Source of the DNA: Candidatus Omnitrophota bacterium | Lineage (GTDB): Bacteria > Omnitrophota > Gorgyraeia > B26-G9 > JBDRCZ01 | Direction of reading: 5' to 3' | Length of the DNA stretch: 64,000 nt | NCBI GenBank assembly: GCA_043821285.1 | Contig: JBDRCZ010000073.1 | Location: 3,564-67,563 of the forward strand | Part shown: piece after piece, positions 29,746-38,380 of the stretch | Layout of the letters: the number at the start of each line of letters is the position of its first letter | How positions within the stretch are numbered: position 1 is the stretch's first letter | The notes under the pieces: model-generated | The model's database searches: none | What the model was told of the DNA's origin: nothing | The model's input: the letters and a program-made list of their open reading frames with translations, nothing else | Program-made: the position numbers and the translations under genes

Positions 29746-30192
29746 ATGAAAACTATGGAAATTAGCTGGCAACGACTTATAAATGAAAGCGGTCAAACGT
29801 GTGAACGCTGTGGATTGACAGAAAAGGAACTTCAAACGGCAACTCAGAAACTCAAAGAATGCCTTACTCCTTTAGGGATAACAGTTATTTTAAAACAAAA
29901 GGTGCTTGATTCTGAAACATGTGCAAAAGACGTTTCTCAATCTAATCGGATTTGGATTAACGAACACTCCCTTGAAGAATGGTTAAGTGCAAAAGTCGGT
30001 AAAAGCCTTTGTGGTTTTTGCTGCGAAGATCTTGGTGATAATGTGGAATGCCGAACTGTAACCATTGATGGGGAAACGTATGAAGCAATACCAGCTAAAT
30101 TGATCATAAAAGCTGGGCTTCTTGCCGCTTCAGAGTTGATTAATGTTGAGTCATCTGAACCATGTTGTCCTAAGGCGACAGAATGTAAGTGA
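29746..30192 (+). CDS. cassette 1: Cys-rich thioredoxin-fold-like protein (ArsD/DUF2703-like)
   Basis: 148 aa; Cys pairs CERC, CGFCC and C-terminal CCPKATECK. Overall layout reminiscent of ArsD-type metallochaperones; weak call. Confidence 0.35.
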   Translation: MKTMEISWQRLINESGQTCERCGLTEKELQTATQKLKECLTPLGITVILKQKVLDSETCAKDVSQSNRIWINEHSLEEWLSAKVGKSLCGFCCEDLGDNVECRTVTIDGETYEAIPAKLIIKAGLLAASELINVESSEPCCPKATECK

Positions 30193-30201
30193 TAAAAGCG
30201 C

Positions 30202-30269
30202 ATCTAACTTGGCGATGAACCGAACTTGAAAAGCTGGCGCTTTTCAAGTCGGTTATCTTTATGTTATGA
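30202..30269 (+). other. attC site 1
   Basis: ATCTAAC...CGAACTTGAAAAGC/GCTTTTCAAGTCGG...GTTATGA. Confidence 0.7.
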
Positions 30270-30281
30270 GTAAATAAAAAT

Positions 30282-30878
30282 ATGTTTGAAAATAAAAAAA
30301 TGAAGATTTTAAAGAATGCTCTGCAAGCTTTATTAAGCTGTGATAAACAACTATATGGTAAACTTCGTCGTTGCAAGCCTGATATTTACGGTGACAATAG
30401 AGATATTGCTCTCGCTTTAGTGTTAGAAAGTAAGGGCATTTTGGATAGCTTTGATACTAAAATTTATTCATCTCCCCATGAGATGGACCAAGTTTTAGAA
30501 AAATTTGAAAAAGACCATGGTATTTTTGCCGAACTCAAAAGTATTATCGAAGATTTAGATGGTTCAGAGAACCTATATTATCAACTACAAAAAGTTGATG
30601 AAATAATTCTTTCTCTAATTCCGCAAGAAACCCAAGAAAAATATCCCAAACAACTATATTTTCTTCGCCTAAATATATTAGATGAATTTTTAAAATCTAT
30701 GCGCCAAGGCAAAATGGTAATTTTCGATCCTCAAAAGACTGACGAAGAAGAAAAAGTTCTTTGTCACTTTTGTCAACTTGTTGCAAACAAATTTTATAAA
30801 GATTGTGATAAATATGAACAACAACCAGTGGAATTTAGCATAAAAAAATTAGAAGAATATTTAAAAAATAATAAATAA
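30282..30878 (+). CDS. cassette 2: hypothetical soluble protein
   Basis: 198 aa, no recognisable family; followed by attC. Confidence 0.5.
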   Translation: MFENKKMKILKNALQALLSCDKQLYGKLRRCKPDIYGDNRDIALALVLESKGILDSFDTKIYSSPHEMDQVLEKFEKDHGIFAELKSIIEDLDGSENLYYQLQKVDEIILSLIPQETQEKYPKQLYFLRLNILDEFLKSMRQGKMVIFDPQKTDEEEKVLCHFCQLVANKFYKDCDKYEQQPVEFSIKKLEEYLKNNK

Positions 30879-30880
30879 AC

Positions 30881-30959
30881 TCATAACAACGCACTGCACC
30901 TGACTGTTACCCGCCGCCTTTCGGCGTCGGCTACCAGCAGGTGAGTTTGGATGTTATGC
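30881..30959 (+). other. attC site 2
   Basis: TCATAACAACGCACTGCACCTGACTG...CAGGTGAG...GTTATGC; near-identical 5' half to attC 8. Confidence 0.7.
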
Positions 30960-30975
30960 CTCACAGGAAGAATAA

Positions 30976-31479
30976 ATGAACGAAAAAATAACAGGAATCG
31001 CCTATATAGAAGCACAGATTCTACATCAAGCTAGCGCACAAGGTTTGTTGTCTCCAGCAGTACGTTCTATTGAAGCCGAATACGGATTGCAACACGGTTC
31101 TTTAGGAAGTGGAGTATTTCTGGAAACCAGAATTATCTCTCTACTGTACTCTCTTATTGTCGTACCAAAAGAGTTCTGGAAGCTTAGTAAGAACCATCCT
31201 GTATATACAAGGATTAAGGAATCTTGGTCACTTGAATCGGTTAACATCATCGTAGACAAGAGTCATTGGGAAGAACCAATTTATAGATTCATGCATCACC
31301 TGAGAAACGCTATAGCTCATGCGAATTTTGAATTTAAGAGCGGAGATTTTGAGTTCTGGGACCAATACAGGGACAAACCAGAAACATACAGAGCTAGGTT
31401 GTCCACGCAAGTCATACAGGGTTTTTTAGAAGTGGTAGGGTCACTGTTAGCAAATCTAAAGAATGAAATAAAGGCATAA
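30976..31479 (+). CDS. cassette 3: HEPN-domain protein (Rx4H motif LRNAIAH)
   Basis: 167 aa; conserved R-X4-H (RNAIAH) in a predicted helical context typical of HEPN superfamily members found in abortive-infection/toxin modules. Confidence 0.5.
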   Translation: MNEKITGIAYIEAQILHQASAQGLLSPAVRSIEAEYGLQHGSLGSGVFLETRIISLLYSLIVVPKEFWKLSKNHPVYTRIKESWSLESVNIIVDKSHWEEPIYRFMHHLRNAIAHANFEFKSGDFEFWDQYRDKPETYRARLSTQVIQGFLEVVGSLLANLKNEIKA

Positions 31480-31548
31480 CAACTTCATCCAGCGGATTTT
31501 GCTCCGCCGCTTTGCGGCTCCACAAAACCGCTGATGTCGGCGTTAGAA
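31474..31548 (+). other. attC site 3
   Basis: GCATAACAACTTCATCCAGCGG...CCGCTGATG...GTTAGAA. Confidence 0.7.
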
Positions 31549-31561
31549 GAAATAAGAAAAA

Positions 31562-32086
31562 ATGATCTGGAAAGTTTTGGATGTATTATTCGTCATCGCG
31601 GCACTTGTTGCATATATAACTACTATTTATTTTTTGTTCTCTATTTACGAGAATCCCGGGCGACTACAGCATGATAATTCGCGAAAAGGATACTGGGGAT
31701 TTATTTGTACATTATTTGTCCTTATTTTCTTCTTTGCCGGAGGTATCCACACATTACTCTTTTTTGTACCAGATAAATGGGGATGGGTAAATGATGAAGG
31801 AGAATGGATATCAGTAAAATGGATTATTTCGTTAATAGTAGGGGGAATACTATATATCTTTGCCTTAACCCGTGTACCCAAGCTGTTTCTGCGGAGTAAG
31901 TTAATCGACGAAATTGAGTATGGATCCAACATAACTGAACTCGAAAAGTATGAAAAAAACCATACATTAGGAGAGTACGCTGAAACACATTGGACGATCG
32001 AACAAATTGAGAAGAAACGAAAAGAATATGCTAGTCTTGCATCATATTTGGAAGCGCGGAAAAAAGAAATAGAAAATTTTAAATAG
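31562..32086 (+). CDS. cassette 4: hypothetical membrane protein (N-terminal TM helices, charged C-terminal domain)
   Basis: 174 aa; three predicted hydrophobic helices then K/E-rich tail. Confidence 0.5.
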   Translation: MIWKVLDVLFVIAALVAYITTIYFLFSIYENPGRLQHDNSRKGYWGFICTLFVLIFFFAGGIHTLLFFVPDKWGWVNDEGEWISVKWIISLIVGGILYIFALTRVPKLFLRSKLIDEIEYGSNITELEKYEKNHTLGEYAETHWTIEQIEKKRKEYASLASYLEARKKEIENFK

Positions 32087-32095
32087 AATTAAAAA

Positions 32096-32170
32096 ATCCA
32101 ACAAGGCAATCCAGCTGACCTTATTCCGCGCCTCCGGCGCTCCATAAGGCAGCTGATTTTAATGTTAAAT
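32096..32170 (+). other. attC site 4
   Basis: ATCCAACAAGGCAATCCAGCTG...CAGCTGATT...GTTAAAT. Confidence 0.7.
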
Positions 32171-32210
32171 TTGAGAAAAAATAGTACTTTAATCTAAAAG
32201 AGGGTTGTAA

Positions 32211-32630
32211 ATGTTATTTAATCTGTTTAGTTGGGTTTTCTGTATAGGGTTGGCTATTCTTTACATGTTTATTTCTATAATGGCGAACAAATGGAGTATC
32301 CTACTATTCGTTGATATGAAGGAAGAAACACCATTATTATTTCAAAAAAAACCTTATGTTTACCTTGTTGCGAGAACTATTTTTTTCTTAGTTGCATTGA
32401 GTATTGGAATTTGTTTAAATTCTGCACCTTGGTATTCGATCTTATTTGCATTAATAATTATTCATATAGTTTCACGTGTTTATGGACGCAGTAGAGGATT
32501 TGATCACTATCGCTTTATATTTAGAGAAATGGCTGAATACGAGACAGATGCCCAAAAACGCAGTTTTTTTGAGGGACTTTCAAAAAAAACAAATCAGCAA
32601 ATACTGGAAATGTTTTGTCGGCATCGGTAG
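32211..32630 (+). CDS. cassette 5: hypothetical membrane protein
   Basis: 139 aa, three predicted TM helices; about 100-nt untranslated tail before attC. Confidence 0.5.
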   Translation: MLFNLFSWVFCIGLAILYMFISIMANKWSILLFVDMKEETPLLFQKKPYVYLVARTIFFLVALSIGICLNSAPWYSILFALIIIHIVSRVYGRSRGFDHYRFIFREMAEYETDAQKRSFFEGLSKKTNQQILEMFCRHR

Positions 32631-32733
32631 AACTAAAAAAAGGAGACAGACACATTTTTATTAAAAATAGCTCTTAATTTATAAAACTCTGCGGTACACT
32701 GCGTTCCCTGCGGTTAAAAAAATATAAAAAAGC

Positions 32734-32799
32734 ATTTAACAATCTAATCCAGCGGACCGTAAAACTGGCGTTTTCCGGCCGCTGATTTAAGCGTTAGGC
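32734..32799 (+). other. attC site 5
   Basis: ATTTAACAATCTAATCCAGCGGACCG...CGGCCGCTGATT...GTTAGGC (canonical R' core). Confidence 0.7.
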
Positions 32800-32808
32800 A
32801 TAAATAAA

Positions 32809-33408
32809 GTGAAAAAATCACATAAAAAGATATTCCAAGGAGCTTTAAAAAATCTTATCAAGGGGGAAAAAATAGTTAGGAAGAATATAAAAAAAGAATC
32901 GAGAGAAAAACAATTATTCTGGCTTTGCCTTAGAATATTCATTAGTCATTCCAAGGCTATAATTTTGTTATGCGAGAAGAAACATAATCTCGAAGCTTTG
33001 ATGGTTTTACGGCCACTTATTGAACTCACCGTGAATACGCGTTGGTCTCTGCAAAAGGAAGAGAATTTACAAAAATTCATGGAACACACTGAATACGAGT
33101 TCAAGGATGATCTCCCTAAAATGGGAGAGCCTTGGACGATCAACTTATGGGAGAAAATGAAAGCCATAGGATTTTCTAAACAGTATTATGATACTGTAGT
33201 GAAGAAGTTGCATGAAGTATTGCACTGTAATCCTACACTGATAGCTCGAACACATCACAAAAATATGACAGCCATGGATAGCGAAGCCATTTTCTCAGTC
33301 GCAGCACAGTTTTCTGGTCATTTACTAAAAGTTGCAAATACTCTTTATCCGAATGGTCCATTTATAAAACATAATGACATTTTACAGGAGATAAGATATA
33401 AAAAATAA
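32809..33408 (+). CDS. cassette 6: hypothetical protein
   Basis: 199 aa, basic N-terminus, no recognisable family. Confidence 0.5.
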   Translation: MKKSHKKIFQGALKNLIKGEKIVRKNIKKESREKQLFWLCLRIFISHSKAIILLCEKKHNLEALMVLRPLIELTVNTRWSLQKEENLQKFMEHTEYEFKDDLPKMGEPWTINLWEKMKAIGFSKQYYDTVVKKLHEVLHCNPTLIARTHHKNMTAMDSEAIFSVAAQFSGHLLKVANTLYPNGPFIKHNDILQEIRYKK

Positions 33409-33416
33409 TAAAAAAC

Positions 33417-33484
33417 TTCTAACAAAGCACTACAGCGAATTCGTACCGCTGGTGCGCTACGAATCGCTGAGTTTTACGTTATGT
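33417..33484 (+). other. attC site 6
   Basis: TTCTAACAAAGCACTACAGCGAATTCGTACCGCTGGTGCGCTACGAATCGCTGAG...GTTATGT; classic bulged palindrome. Confidence 0.75.
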
Positions 33485-33507
33485 ATAAATAAATTAAGGA
33501 ATAAATT

Positions 33508-33948
33508 ATGGATTGTAATGATTTTATAGTACCTATAATTACTGGTATTTTTGCATTGTCGGGTGCTTTTGTTGGCTGCTATTTAGAAAGAAAAACCAGA
33601 CATCAAATTCGGCTTTTAGAAAAAAGAAGTGAAGTGTTTTCTGAATTTTTAAAAATATTAAATAAATGTATTGAAGATGCATCTATTTATTTTAGAAAAG
33701 GGCCAGAAAAAGGTTCTGAAAGAGAGCAAAAACTTATTGATATTTATTCCCCAGCACTTGACTATATTAATGTAGTAAGACTATTCTTAAATGAATACCT
33801 CAGAAATACTTTTGAAGAATTAGTCAGAGGGATATATGCAATACATTCCTCAAAGGATATTGGGGATAAGAGATTGTTGACTATGATTCAAAAAAAGAAA
33901 GATCTTCAAAAACTTTTAGAGAAGCAAATGAGAAATCCAAAATGGTAA
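33508..33948 (+). CDS. cassette 7: hypothetical single-pass membrane protein with coiled-coil-like soluble domain
   Basis: 146 aa, N-terminal TM helix. Confidence 0.5.
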   Translation: MDCNDFIVPIITGIFALSGAFVGCYLERKTRHQIRLLEKRSEVFSEFLKILNKCIEDASIYFRKGPEKGSEREQKLIDIYSPALDYINVVRLFLNEYLRNTFEELVRGIYAIHSSKDIGDKRLLTMIQKKKDLQKLLEKQMRNPKW

Positions 33949-33959
33949 TTAAATTGAAA

Positions 33960-34045
33960 ACATAACAAATCAATGCAGCGAATTTTTACCAGCCCCGCTA
34001 AAAAGCATCGGGTCTGGTAAAAATCGCTGATTTCTGATGTTATAG
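33960..34045 (+). other. attC site 7
   Basis: ACATAACAAATCAATGCAGCGAATTTTTACCAG...CTGGTAAAAATCGCTGATT...GTTATAG. Confidence 0.7.
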
Positions 34046-34059
34046 GAAAAGGAGATAAA

Positions 34060-34593
34060 ATGGCAATTATTGACAATTTATTAAATATTACGCCTTTTAA
34101 TTGGATTGAGATTCTTAGCGCTTTGATTGCCGGCGGAATAATTGGTATAGAAAGACAGCTTTCAGGAAAACCTATTGGAATCAGAACAAGCATTCTTATT
34201 TGTATAAGCACGTATATATTCGCAACGTTCTGCAGTCTAAACCCTCAAGGAATTCCTAACCCAGCATATATAATTGGACAAATAATTACAGGAATAGGAT
34301 TTCTCGGAGCTGGCGTAATTCTTACACGAGATGGTATTGTTCTGGGAGTGACTTCAGCAGCTTGCATTTGGATACTAGCGGCAATAGGCATAACTATTGG
34401 ATTAAATTATCCGTATACAGGAGTTAAATTAGCATTATTGGCTGTTATTTTATTAACCGGTATCGATAAACTAGAGAAACATATCCCCTTTTTGCACAAA
34501 GGGCCTTATAAAAAACAAAATACAGATAAAAAAAACCTACAACAACGCACTGCACCTGACTGCTTTTCCGCTGCGCTCCAAAGCGGCAGGTGA
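34060..34593 (+). CDS. cassette 8: MgtC/SapB family membrane protein (C-terminus encoded by the attC site)
   Basis: GIERQLSGKPIGIRTSILICI...TGIGFLGAGVI matches MgtC signatures; ORF runs into attC 8. Confidence 0.7.
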   Translation: MAIIDNLLNITPFNWIEILSALIAGGIIGIERQLSGKPIGIRTSILICISTYIFATFCSLNPQGIPNPAYIIGQIITGIGFLGAGVILTRDGIVLGVTSAACIWILAAIGITIGLNYPYTGVKLALLAVILLTGIDKLEKHIPFLHKGPYKKQNTDKKNLQQRTAPDCFSAALQSGR

Positions 34594-34608
34594 GCTCTAA
34601 CGTTAGAA
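34537..34608 (+). other. attC site 8
   Basis: CTACAACAACGCACTGCACCTGACTG...CAGGTGAGC...GTTAGAA; paralogue of attC 2. Confidence 0.7.
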
Positions 34609-34632
34609 GTAAATAATAAAAATGGAGGTATC

Positions 34633-34989
34633 ATGAAAAGATTAAAAACGAGTATAATTTTATTTGCCGTATTATTGCTAATTCCCTTATCAAGCAAGCT
34701 TTTCTCACAATCAACAGGCATAAATCAATATTTCGAAAAGGATGCAGGATATGATATCTATTATGATGCTAACGATTCAGATCTCAATGTTTTGAAAAGG
34801 GTAAGAATCATTAACTTAATTGAGATTGGGGAGGCTAAATTTTTAGAAATTACAGGAACTGGTTTTAGTGGTAAAGAGAAAAAGGGATATATTCGTTTTA
34901 ATAGCATCAAGGCTATATTGCCAAATGGCTATTTTAATCCTGAGCAATCTTTCCCGGAAAATAATTCAAAAAGGACTTCTAACGAATAA
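34633..34989 (+). CDS. cassette 9: hypothetical secreted protein (signal peptide)
   Basis: 118 aa, N-terminal hydrophobic signal-like segment; stop codon lies inside the attC. Confidence 0.5.
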   Translation: MKRLKTSIILFAVLLLIPLSSKLFSQSTGINQYFEKDAGYDIYYDANDSDLNVLKRVRIINLIEIGEAKFLEITGTGFSGKEKKGYIRFNSIKAILPNGYFNPEQSFPENNSKRTSNE

Positions 34990-35049
34990 AGCGTTTAATT
35001 CGATTGAGGGAACGGAGTGAGCGAACATCGATTTAAACGCTGGTTGAAC
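34977..35049 (+). other. attC site 9 (last of the array)
   Basis: TTCTAACGAATAAAGCGTTTAATTCGAT...ATCGATTTAAACGCTG...GTTGAAC. Confidence 0.6.
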
Positions 35050-35303
35050 AAGCCTGCTTCGCTGCCGATGATGAGTAATTGCGTATTAAATATTCAAGCA
35101 GATGGGGACGCTGATGAAAGTATGAAAGTTTGATAAGAGAAGCAAGTTTTTAAAAAATCCATTCTCCCGCAAAGACGCAAAGAAATACTTAATGGGCAGA
35201 AAGGGACATTGATGAGAGAATGAAAGTTTTGATGCAAAGAAGGGTATTGTTTTTTTATTAGAAAAAAACACCTTTTTTTACCACGAAATACCCGAAAAGC
35301 AAA

Positions 35304-35346
35304 GGGGACAAACTATATAGTTTGTCCCCTTCTTCTATTTTTTGCT
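35304..35346. terminator. terminator-like perfect hairpin GGGGACAAACTATATAGTTTGTCCCC followed by T-rich tract
   Basis: 12-bp perfect stem, 3-nt loop, then TTCTTCTATTTTTTG; located after the cassette array. Confidence 0.4.
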
Positions 35347-35512
35347 TCGCAAAAAATAAAGGCAATCATGTGTAATTCCCCCCATTAGTCAAAGAATTTT
35401 TAAGTTAGCGATAAGCTCTTTGTTAACAAATTTAGTTTCATTTCTTTGCGCCCTTGGCGGCTTGGCGGGATAATTATTGTGTAATAAATTCCATTTTTTT
35501 AGCTAACTGATA

Positions 35513-36097
35513 AAAATAACAGATAAAGACAATAACACCTACAATTACACTTATGATAATGCTGGCAGGCTGGAGCAGGAAAATAAAAAATCCCCAACAG
35601 GCAGTGATATTTACACCCGCAGCTATAGTTATGACCCAGCCGGCAACAGAATTATTGAAACCCGGGACGGGCAGAATATTACCTACAGCTATAATGCCGG
35701 CAATCAATTAATATTAAGAGCTTTATTGATGAATACAATTACGTATAATGCTAATGGGAATTTGCTGCAGGAGTCAGGCACAGTTACAGGGGTAAAAACA
35801 TACATTTATGACTATGAAAACCGGCTGACAAATGTAAGCCTGCCTGGCGGTATGTATGAAAGTTACACCTATTCTGGTAACGGCAGAAGAATTTCTGTAA
35901 ACACTAATGGCAATGTGGTAAAATATATCTATGATGGTGCATTGCCAATAATTGAGCGGGATGCAGCGGGCACGACCTTAACCGCATATACCAAAATACC
36001 CGGAGCACCCGGCGGTATTGGGGGATTGATTTCGGCACACGACTCAATACACAATACTATTATCATTGCAGCCATCTTGGCAATGTTAATCAAATAA
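35513..36097 (+). pseudogene. RHS/YD-repeat protein internal fragment (no start; frame breaks near 36060-36115)
   Basis: Continuous YD-repeat frame: TYNYTYDNAGRLEQ...YSYDPAGNRIIETRDGQNITYSYNAGNQL...YIYDYENRLTNV...YIYDGALPIIERDAAGTTLTAYT. Frame then shifts; the H(L)GNVNQISDNSGAVV signature is only in another frame. Confidence 0.6.
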
Positions 36098-36114
36098 GTG
36101 ACAACAGTGGAGCA

Positions 36115-37149
36115 GTGGTACAGACGTATGATTATGATGCATTTGGGAATGTAGTTTTAGAAAGTGGTTCTTTGACTAATGAATATAAATATAAGAGCAA
36201 GGAAACCTCCCCGAATACCGGCCTTGTATATTTTGGTGCAAGGTATTATAATTCGCTCACGGGTAGATTTATCAATCCTGACACACTTGGTATGGTAGAT
36301 GGGCCGAATATGTATTTGTATTGTGAGAATGATTCGGTGAATTACATTGATCCATGGGGATTGTTTATAGGGATTGGTATCGGGATAGATATTTTGCCAA
36401 ATACTGATTATTTAAAAGATATAGGGGATACTAATAAAATAGAAAAATGCAGTGTAAATGATGGCAAGTCCAAAGCAGAACATAAAAAAGGTAAGAGGGG
36501 AAGCTCAAAAGGAAAGCATCAAAAAGGACAAGCTAGAAAAAAGAAGGATAATCGTGGTGGAGAAAAAGGAGATAAATATGCGCAATGTAACTTAGGATGG
36601 TGCTATAAAAATGGATTTGGTATAAGAAAAGATTACTCAAAAGCCTTGTACTGGACTAGAAAGTCCGCTGTTGACGGCAATGAAAAAGGACAATACAATT
36701 TAGGTTTAGATTATTATTATGGTGATGGTGTGAAATCCGATAAAAAAAAGGCTGTTTTTTGGTTTAAAAAGGCAGCTTTACAAAAACATAAGCTTGCACA
36801 GTATTATTTGGGTTTGGCATATGAAAATGGTGATGGAGTAAAAAGAGATATGTGTAAAGCTATTAAATAGTATAAAAGGTCTGCTGACCAGGGAGACGAA
36901 GATGCACAGAATATATTAGGTTTTTATTACCATGAAGGTAAATGGGTGAAGAAAAATTATGAAAAAGCAGTAGAATGGTATCGCCTTGCTTCAAAGCAGG
37001 GCAATGAAGTTGCGCAATATAATTTAGGATTATGTTATTTATATGGGGATGGGGTTAAAAAGAGTAAGAAATTAGCAATAAAGTGGTTAAGTTTAGCTAC
37101 AACAAATGGTCATAAAAAGGCATTTAATATTTTAAAAACAATAAAATAG
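36115..37149 (+). pseudogene. RHS C-terminal boundary (YFGARYYNSLTGRFINPD...DPWGL) fused to a lysine-rich linker and Sel1 repeats, interrupted by an in-frame amber codon at 36868-36870
   Basis: DPxGL core-tip boundary motif at ...NYIDPWGL. Downstream Sel1-type repeats (QYNLGLDYYYGDGVKSDKKKAVFWFKKAA etc.). Repeat frame continues across TAG (KAIK*YKRSADQGD) where Sel1 consensus has Trp (TGG); ORF 36946..37149 is the tail. Confidence 0.55.
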
Positions 37150-37267
37150 GTAATCGTTCAGCTTTGAAAAGTAGTGATGGGTTATATTTATTTTTAAATA
37201 ATTTTTTAGTATAACAACGCAATTAAGAGATCATAAAAAACGTTATCGTAATTGATCGAGAAATAAT

Positions 37268-38380
37268 ATGAATATCTTGTATCTTAGTGCTACCGGGAAG
37301 ATTATTGGCGGGGGAGAAGTAAGTCTCTTTAATTTACTTAAAAATTTGGATCGAAATAGATTTAATCCCTATCTAATTGCTCCGGAAGAAGGCGATTTTA
37401 CAGAGAAAGTCAGTGCATTAAACATTCCGGTTATTTTTCTTTCTGTGAAAAAGGTAAAAAATCCATTTAATATTTTGCACTCAATAGAAAACATTAAACA
37501 TCTCTCACACATTATTAAAAAACATAAAATAAACCTTGTGCATGCAAATGTTAGTGCGGGGATTTCTCTTTTGTGTGCAATTGCTGCGCGGATTAGAAAG
37601 ATCCCGTTTGTCTGGCATGTCCGGGTGATTTATTCGGGGCATCTCTTGGATTTGATACTTAGTTTATTAGCAATAAAGATTATTCTAATATCGGAGGCAG
37701 TAAAGAAAAGGTTCCGGTGGTTTAAAAAACAGGATAAATTTATGGTTGTTTATAATGGGGTGGATTTACAAAAATTTAATCCGACAGTTGATAAAATGCA
37801 CTTTCGCCAGAAGATTGGCTGTGCGGAGGATGAGTTTTTGGTTGGTAGTGTTGGCCGTTACCACCCCTTCAAAAGCTATGAGTATTTTGTAAGAGCAGCA
37901 AGCATGGTTTTGAAAGAGTGGCCAAAGGCAAAATTTTTAATCGTTGGTCTTAACTGTAGTCAGGATAATAAATATTTACAGTACTTACGGAATTTGGCAG
38001 GACAATTAGAGATAGAAGATAGAGTCATATTTATGGAGGAGCAACATAATATCCCAGATGTGTTTGCGGCATTGGATGTATTTGTCCTAACCAGTTTAGA
38101 AGAACCGTTTGGCCGGGTGTTAATTGAAGCCATGGCCTCAGGGAAACCCGTGGTTGCGTTTAAAGGTGGTGCCGTATCAGAGATTATTGAAAATGAAAAA
38201 ACCGGATTTGTTGTGAGCGCGAAAGATACGGCGGCAATGGCGGAAAAGATAATTTATCTTTTGCAAAATAAAGATATAGCGAAAACGTTTGGTCACCGAG
38301 GGAGAATACGCGCGGAGGAATTATTCAGCATTAAAACACATACAGTAAAAATCGAAGAGATATATCAGGGGATAAGGTAG
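37268..38380 (+). CDS. glycosyltransferase family 4
   Basis: C-terminal EEPFGRVLIEAMASGKPVVA...E-x7-E GT4 signature. Confidence 0.85.
   Translation: MNILYLSATGKIIGGGEVSLFNLLKNLDRNRFNPYLIAPEEGDFTEKVSALNIPVIFLSVKKVKNPFNILHSIENIKHLSHIIKKHKINLVHANVSAGISLLCAIAARIRKIPFVWHVRVIYSGHLLDLILSLLAIKIILISEAVKKRFRWFKKQDKFMVVYNGVDLQKFNPTVDKMHFRQKIGCAEDEFLVGSVGRYHPFKSYEYFVRAASMVLKEWPKAKFLIVGLNCSQDNKYLQYLRNLAGQLEIEDRVIFMEEQHNIPDVFAALDVFVLTSLEEPFGRVLIEAMASGKPVVAFKGGAVSEIIENEKTGFVVSAKDTAAMAEKIIYLLQNKDIAKTFGHRGRIRAEELFSIKTHTVKIEEIYQGIR

Larger units (their letters stand above)
28115..35049. mobile_element. chromosomal integron: intI, Pc, attI and nine gene cassettes with VCR-like attC sites
   Basis: intI on the minus strand. 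Plus-strand promoter and a GTTAGAT core at 29634-29640. Nine unidirectional small ORFs, each followed by an imperfect-palindrome site starting YTAACAA/RYYYAAC and ending GTTRRRY. Confidence 0.88.

Noticed and set aside
35086-35707. Minus-strand ORFs 35086..35271 and 35474..35707
   Set aside because: The first lies in AT-rich spacer after the last attC, with no features. The second is antisense to a continuous YD-repeat frame of the RHS remnant.
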